Positions 15,359 through 17,850 of a stretch of 17,850 nucleotides of DNA are shown here, one piece after another. Under the pieces are notes generated by a model. It saw only the letters and a list, made by a program, of their open reading frames with translations. It was not told the DNA's origin and did no database searches. Source of the DNA: a virus (lineage: Duplodnaviria; Heunggongvirae; Uroviricota; Caudoviricetes). The DNA lies in IMG/VR virus record IMGVR_UViG_2654587568_000021; one strand, given 5' to 3'. Position numbers and translations under genes: made by a program. The stretch's first letter is position 1. Each line of letters starts with the position of its first letter.

Positions 15359-15550
15359 ATGACACCACGAGAAATCGAGCTGCTGACCATTGCCAAGCTG
15401 GAGCATGACGGCCACCAGCTCAGCCCGGCAGAACTGCGGGAATTAAGGCGCCAGCTGGCAGAGGGCCCTGTAATAGCCAGGCGGTACCGCGAAATGATGA
15501 CCAGCCCCGCATATCGCTGGAGCAAACCAGCGCCGCTCCGTGCGCGGTGA
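15359..15550 (+). CDS. Small hypothetical protein, 63 aa (MTPREIELLTIAKLEHDGHQLSPAELRELRRQLAEG...)
   Basis: GAGGGGG RBS then ATG at 15359. An alternative upstream ATG at 15332 has no RBS. Confidence 0.45.
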   Translation: MTPREIELLTIAKLEHDGHQLSPAELRELRRQLAEGPVIARRYREMMTSPAYRWSKPAPLRAR

Positions 15551-15624
15551 GCAGCACCTAACCAGCACTAGACAAGCCCTGTGCTGGTGGATGTCCCTCA
15601 TAATTAGCGGTTTTTAAACAGCGT

Positions 15625-15745
15625 GTTGGTTCACGGCCTCTTTTTGTTGGTTCAAAAATGGGGTGTGTTGGTTCACTTTTTGCGAATAATTCTTTTAAAA
15701 ACAATACTCTTTACAAATTGAACCAACTGAACCAACTGAACCAAC
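15625..15745. repeat. Second iteron cluster, the reverse-complement copy of 9202-9313: three spaced GTTGGTTCA, an AT-rich spacer, then three tandem TGAACCAAC
   Basis: Direct copies at 15625-15633, 15646-15654 and 15667-15675. Tandem inverted copies at 15719-15727, 15728-15736 and 15737-15745. The reverse complement of 15711-15750 is near-identical to 9193-9232. Confidence 0.6.
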
Positions 15746-15781
15746 ACCTTTTTGCTTATCTATATAGTCTGAGAGGCAGAA

Positions 15782-16069
15782 ATGATAAGGGACAGGAAAG
15801 CTGAAGATCTGGAGTCAAAAGGGCTATACCGGAGAGCTGCCGCACGATGGGCAGAAATCATGATGCTGGCAGATGGCGATAAAGAACGTGAACATGCAGC
15901 AAACAGACGCTCTGAATGTATCCGTAAGGCGGCACGCCAACCAGCAACTACAGACAGATTCGGAGATTTAAGACAGGCAGTTAAGCGAACTCATTCGGCT
16001 CTTGGTATGGATGAGGAAGCGAGAGGGTACTTCAGGCGTTATCGCGATAAAGATTGCCAGAGACAGTAA
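15782..16069 (+). CDS. PerC-family transcriptional regulator-like protein, 95 aa
   Basis: GAGAGG RBS. The segment LESKGLYRRAAARWAEIM resembles the conserved PerC/Pch motif as I recall it. Confidence 0.6.
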   Translation: MIRDRKAEDLESKGLYRRAAARWAEIMMLADGDKEREHAANRRSECIRKAARQPATTDRFGDLRQAVKRTHSALGMDEEARGYFRRYRDKDCQRQ

Positions 16070-16206
16070 TGCTCTCTCTGTTTTGGCAAATTACCCCTCA
16101 CTTTGAAGGGATCGGAGCTATAAAAATGGTGTTATCCGGCTTCCTCAAATTGAGGTTTCCGAAAATATCAGCGGGTTAGCGATTAATCTGGCGAGTAATT
16201 AAACTG

Positions 16207-16386
16207 CGAAAATTTCGTAGGGGGTTACGAAAATTTCGTAGGTCTACTCATGGTTTAGGCTTACTTTCCCGACATCCCCCAATGGGTGGGGGCGAAATAA
16301 TCAATGGGTTAGGCTTACCTCCCCCATTTCCTGCATTGCAGGTTTTCGAAAGAATCAATGGGTTAGGTCATCGTGCAAATTTGCAC
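16207..16386. repeat. Non-coding array of phased direct repeats and palindromes: CGAAAATTTCGTAGG x2, TCAATGGGTTAGGCTTAC-like x3 at 53-54 bp spacing, GTGCAAATTTGCAC palindrome
   Basis: Copies at 16207-16221 and 16228-16242; 16248-16264, 16301-16318 and 16354-16370. Palindromes at 16330-16342 and 16373-16386. Confidence 0.45.
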
Positions 16387-17003
16387 TCTGACAGCCAACG
16401 CAATTTCTCGTTGGCGGAAATATCAGGTATTTACTGAACGAACGGTCTACCCGCCTGTTCAACTACCAGTTGTACATGGCTGCTTTATGTGCAAATGGTG
16501 GTGAGAGAAAATTGTTTGGGGGTACTTTTGGGGGTATCTTCAAAGATGTAATTGGAAAATATCTTTATATATCAATGTATTTTTATTGTTTGTTTTGTTC
16601 CTATTATCGCACCACTTAAATCAATAAGTTACACATCATTAATACCTTCCTTATTTTTTGATTGGGACAGATTTGGGACCGATGGGTTCAGGATCGAATC
16701 TATTTACCGTGCGTGTTCGGTAAGGTGATTAGGTGCGAGGTGAGCATATCGACGAACCATTTCGAGAGTTTCCCATCCGCTCATTTTTAAGTGCAAGCAG
16801 GGAAACACCGGACTAAACCTATCAGCTGTTCGAAAATGGCAAGCGGATTAATATGCCATGGCGGCTTTGAGCCGCACGCATGGGGTGTGGCAAGCCTGAT
16901 GGATGTTGCTGTGCTTGTGGTGGCGTGTTTGCTGGTCTGGTTGTTGGTTAATCGCGAAAATCATTATGCCTGAGGAATACCACAGGACGTTCAGGTTTTG
17001 CAT

Positions 17004-17028
17004 AAAAAAGCCCACCATTAAGGTGGGC
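17004..17028 (-). terminator. Rho-independent terminator oriented for - strand transcription
   Basis: Stem GCCCACC / GGTGGGC at 17010-17028 with loop ATTAA. A6 at 17004-17009 on + is a U-run after the hairpin on the - strand. Confidence 0.4.
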
Positions 17029-17235
17029 AAAAGGAATGATTTATATTCTCTGAGAGAGACATTACATTTCTCCTTGCCACTTCTAACATAAAAATATGGA
17101 GAAATAATGGAGCTTATATTAATTGGCGATTAGGTAATCATGTGGTTATACAAAACAATACAGTTCTTTACATTTGCCTTGTTTTATGAATACTCCTAAA
17201 GAGGTGTATAACATAATGGTACAAGCAGGGTAGAT

Positions 17236-17850
17236 ATGAATATATTTGAACAAACTCCACCAAACCGCAGACGTTATGGTCTTGCTGCATTCATTGGGCT
17301 GATTGCTGGCGTTGTTTCCGCATTTGTGAAGTGGGGGGCTGAAGTTCCATTGCCGCCACGTAGCCCGGTGGATATGTTTAATGCAGCGTGTGGCCCGGAA
17401 TCATTAATCAGGGCTGCTGGGCAAATTGATTGCTCCCGTAATTTTCTCAATCCTCCGTATATTTTTCTTCGAGACTGGTTGGGGCTGACAGATCCCAATG
17501 CGGCTGTTTATACCTTTGCCGGGCATGTCTTTAACTGGGTTGGTGTTACGCACATTATCTTTTCGATAGTGTTTGCTGTCGGTTATTGTGTGGTCGCTGA
17601 AGTATTTCCAAAAATTAAACTCTGGCAGGGCTTACTGGCAGGTGCTTTAGCCCAACTTTTTGTTCATATGATTTCATTCCCTCTCATGGGACTGACGCCA
17701 CCTCTGTTTGATCTCCCGTGGTATGAGAATGTCTCTGAAATTTTTGGACATTTAGTCTGGTTCTGGTCTATTGAAATTATTCGCAGAGATTTACGAAACA
17801 GAATTACCCATGAGCCAGACCCTGAGATCCCTTTAGGCTCAAATAGATAA
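17236..17850 (+). CDS. yagU: YagU-like inner membrane protein (DUF1440 family), 204 aa, complete
   Basis: Full ORF with stop at the window end. Multiple hydrophobic helices. Sequence matches my recollection of E. coli YagU. This is chromosomal core, not island. Confidence 0.8.

Noticed and set aside
15034-15525. 163-aa - strand ORF
   Set aside because: Spans the divergent promoter region and repeats, overlaps alpA(-) and the 63-aa gene, and has an implausible Ser/Leu/Arg-rich composition.
16248-16370. Regularly spaced repeats considered as a CRISPR array
   Set aside because: Only three imperfect copies of about 18 bp with 35-bp intervening sequence, no cas genes, and the repeats lack typical CRISPR length and identity.
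16791-16973. 60-aa + strand ORF upstream of yagU
   Set aside because: No clear RBS and only one hydrophobic stretch. Could be a small membrane protein but the evidence is insufficient.

Overview
This window looks like a P4-type/PICI-like integrative element followed by a short stretch of chromosome ending in a yagU-like gene. All calls are from reading the sequence and ORF track by eye; no searches were run. The element runs on the + strand from a tyrosine integrase (1..1215) through an AT-rich orphan gene, AlpA, an antirepressor-like gene, an Icd-like gene with a chain of overlapping small ORFs, and an alpha-type primase-helicase (6420..9176), followed by an iteron cluster that is probably the origin. 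The most interesting part is a cargo operon downstream (9761..13510). It sits behind a perfect -10 hexamer with an adjacent LexA-box-like motif, encodes a 57-aa protein and two large unrecognised proteins, and is followed by a convergent AT-rich 4-TM membrane protein gene. That layout resembles a pore-forming toxin/immunity locus, but this is inference only. Beyond it lie about 1 kb of repeat-rich non-coding DNA, a second AlpA on the - strand, an inverted copy of the iteron cluster, a PerC-like regulator gene and a block of phased direct repeats. The integration target (tRNA) and exact element boundaries cannot be determined from this window.
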